Assembly (NCBI RefSeq): GCF_000143415.4
Contig: NW_003314266.1
Span: 3,165,923-3,229,922, forward strand
Source of the DNA: Selaginella moellendorffii
Lineage: Eukaryota > Plantae > Lycopodiophyta
Direction of reading: 5' to 3'
DNA length: 64,000 nt
Shown: piece after piece, positions 61,168 through 64,000 of the stretch
Layout of the letters: every line of letters starts with the position of its first letter
Position numbering within the stretch: the first letter of the stretch is position 1
Notes under the pieces: generated by a model
What the model saw: only the letters and a program-made list of their open reading frames with translations
Told to the model about the DNA's origin: nothing
Database searches by the model: none
Translations under genes and position numbers: made by a program

Positions 61168-63267
61168 CCTTACACCATCTTCGGAAGATGAAAAGTTTAT
61201 GATAATAAATCAAGTGGAATATCTAGAGCTTTAAGAAGAACTTGAAATTCCCATAGAACCACTAACATAGATGATAAAAATAAAACCTAAAGCCATGGCA
61301 TAAACATCAGTCAACTACAAAATCCCAATAAAGCAATTGCAAGTTTGTATGTTTATATCCAATGCTTGAACAAACCTCAAAGCCATAACTTTGAACCAAA
61401 GCAAGAGACTTCAAAACCCACTACAGTCTACAAAACATTGTAACAATTGATATATCTCACATCTAATTTTACTTGTCAGCTATCCTCTAAACCACTATTA
61501 ACTCAAGCTTATGATTATTAGCAGAACCCACTCTTGCATCTTCCCTTCAACATTCAAAACCCCTATTAACATTCTCCAAGAACTAGATTGCATCATCTAT
61601 AACTTTCCAATTGAAAACATGATCACACTCTACATTAATAAGAAATGGCAAAACATTGAGAACCAAAGAAATTGTATAATTACATCCCATGGAAGCTAGA
61701 GATGGCAACACCTTGATTGATGACAACATTGCATTGCAAAAGAAGGAAATACAATGAATATTAAAAGAAAGAATAGAATGGATAGCTACAATCTTAGAGC
61801 TGGCACAAAGCTATAATATATTTACAGAAGAAAGGAAGAATGATAAAAAGAAAAAGCAAAAACATAATCCTAAACATTAGACCAAAGCATTGCCCAAAAA
61901 CTTTGACGATGCCCCTCATTTCCACCAAGTATATGGAATAGATATATTAATTAGGGTTTTGACCTCCAAAGACAAATTCATGTATTACAATATTATGTAA
62001 ACCCTAAACCCTCTAAACTCTAAACCCACTATATTTTCTTTTACGGTTGAGCTTGGAATTCCAAGTGTGTGAGCATGTGTGTGAAGCCACAGTTGGGACT
62101 GAGAGATGCCCCAATGGTTGGTGAACCTCACATAAATTGAGCCTCAAATCCTCACATTTTGGCTAATTAGCTCCACCATTTTGTTCTAGCAAGTTCTAGC
62201 TTGAGTAAGCATAGGGAATATTCTAAGTCTAGAATATTCCCTCAACCCTACAAGGGGAAATTAGGGTTCCACCTCACTTTCTCTTGCGCTTAAGCTTGGA
62301 GCTGAAAGCATATATGAGGGTGTGGAGCTGCAATTGTGGTTGAAAGATGCCTCAATAGTTAGTGAATCTGACATGAATTAAACTAGTTTAGCTTTCATAG
62401 GAGGTTGGAGAGTTTTCTTGAAAGATTGAGCAGGATCTCAAGTTCTAACAGATTTGTGTTTGGAGGAGCTCTAGCACTCTTAGGAGCTCCTTCTCACACA
62501 GATTTAGAATGCAGGCTTGCAAATCTTATGTTCTTCCCAAAGTTTCCTTCTTTATACCATTCTGTTCAGTTTTGGAAAGATTTTCTGTGAAAAGCATTCG
62601 TTGAGGTTTTGGCTTATTTGGGTAGAAGGCGTCTTCTTTGTAAAGTGTCATACATCACATTTTTTGCTGTAAAAGCAATCCACCTGCAAGGGTTTTTTCT
62701 CTCTCGCACTTGCCTCTATCTTCATGTCTTGCTTTCAAAGATCTAAGCTTGTGATTTTTGCATAGATTCAAGAAAAATGTCTTGTGTGAGCACTTAGATC
62801 TAGTGGAGAGCTATTTAAGGAGTGATTTCTTGTTGGAAGGTTTGCAGTATTTTGCTAGCTCTGGATATTTTTCTCTTGGCATATGGTGGATGGCATAGTT
62901 TCTAAAGCTTTCACACATTCTCAAGTAATTGTGTTATGTTGATCCCTTTCAAAAGATGTGCTCCTATTCTTTCTTGTAGAAGTTATAGTGTGTTATTATC
63001 ACAAGTTCTAGCTAGTTTTCGTTGTTTTTCTTTTTTTTCTCTTTCATACTCCTTGTTTCTTTCATTCTTGGGAGTTTATAGGAGAAAATTTTACGTATGT
63101 GTCTAGGGTTTTTCTTTGCCAATTAGAGTCTCTCCTTCCAGAGCACTATATATAAATCCACTAATGTTTCCTCTTGATGTTCCTCTAAATTCTAGCCTAA
63201 CTCATCCGACCTCTCAGAAAGTCCAAATTCAGGAACTTATATTCTAGAGGATTGGTTCTGCTTTATG

Positions 63268-63965
63268 GTTATCCTACGGTAAATCACCATAGGATAAAGG
63301 GTGAAAACCATATATGCTACTTTCAAGCTAGAACCAAGTTGTGCACTTTTGAGAATAAGGTGGCAATGAGCTAATGTGGCAACAAGTGACCATAGCAGAT
63401 TCTATTGCATGAGAACCCATAGCTGATATGATATGCAAACTCTGGCGGAACATAAACAAGTTAAGAAGTTTAACTTAAACTGATATGGCTGACTTTAAGA
63501 CACTTGTGGAGTCATTCAGAGACCAACCCTCCATGTGCCACGTGTTATATGCCATGTGTCCAAAGAACAATGGTGCAAAACTCGAGTTTTAGGGCCTTGG
63601 AACACTCCCAAATATGGAGCCAAGGAGCAAAGGAACCAGAGCACGGAGTGACTCCTGAGTATACAGCCCAAGGAGTAAAAGGACAAGAATACAGAGCAAC
63701 TTGGAACGGTCCAAGAGTATCCAATGTCCCAATGCCAGGACCAATATGCAAAATGGAGCTAAATAGAGTCTGGCACTATTTTAGCATATTGGTGGTTTAA
63801 CGCAAAGATATGGGTACTCCACCAGCTAGCATGGAATGGAACTTGGGTTTAAACTAAAGCCGGACGTAAAACAAGGACAGGCATGCAAGTGAAAGCTAAA
63901 CTATACATCAGGTTGGTCATCTATGCCCAACCTACTCACTATTCTTTACGTATATTTGGAACCCA
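63268..63965. mobile_element. Degenerate LTR fragments of the 35-52 kb non-autonomous family, in both orientations
   Basis: 63268-63320 matches the LTR 3' end (hairpin plus GGTGAAAACC..GCTAC). 63530-63965 matches LTR segment ~43630-44065. Confidence 0.85.
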
Positions 63966-64000
63966 CGTGACCGTGTCACGAAACGCGATCCAACCCGGCA

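Noticed and set aside
60416-61234. Long Y/I/M/H-rich ORFs
   Set aside because: Translations of a TA/CA microsatellite and an N-gap.

Overview
Eukaryotic, transposon-dense plant genomic DNA with several N-gaps. A lycophyte such as Selaginella is the best guess (inference): introns are only ~40-60 nt, a Tat-type gypsy element has its extra RNase H between protease and RT, and a Tcn1-like chromovirus is present. Most of the window is nested, decayed Ty3/gypsy LTR retrotransposons, a 726-bp TRIM, and three copies of one non-autonomous LTR family inserted into each other's LTRs (35.5-52.4 kb). The most interesting block is ~22.3-31.2 kb. There a spliced Mutator-like (MULE) transposase gene sits head-to-head with a spliced gene for a prokaryote/phage-type ParB/Srx-like domain fused to a beta-class N6A/N4C DNA methyltransferase-like domain. 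A tandem pair of small zinc-finger genes and a perfect 35-bp hairpin lie next to it. A second, diverged copy of the ParB half of that gene, with the same intron, lies at 57.9-60.0 kb, which suggests a multicopy mobile family. Both copies carry stop codons or frameshifts. An uncharacterised multi-exon gene family also appears three times (1-0.6 kb, 33.3-34.7 kb, 54.9-55.4 kb).
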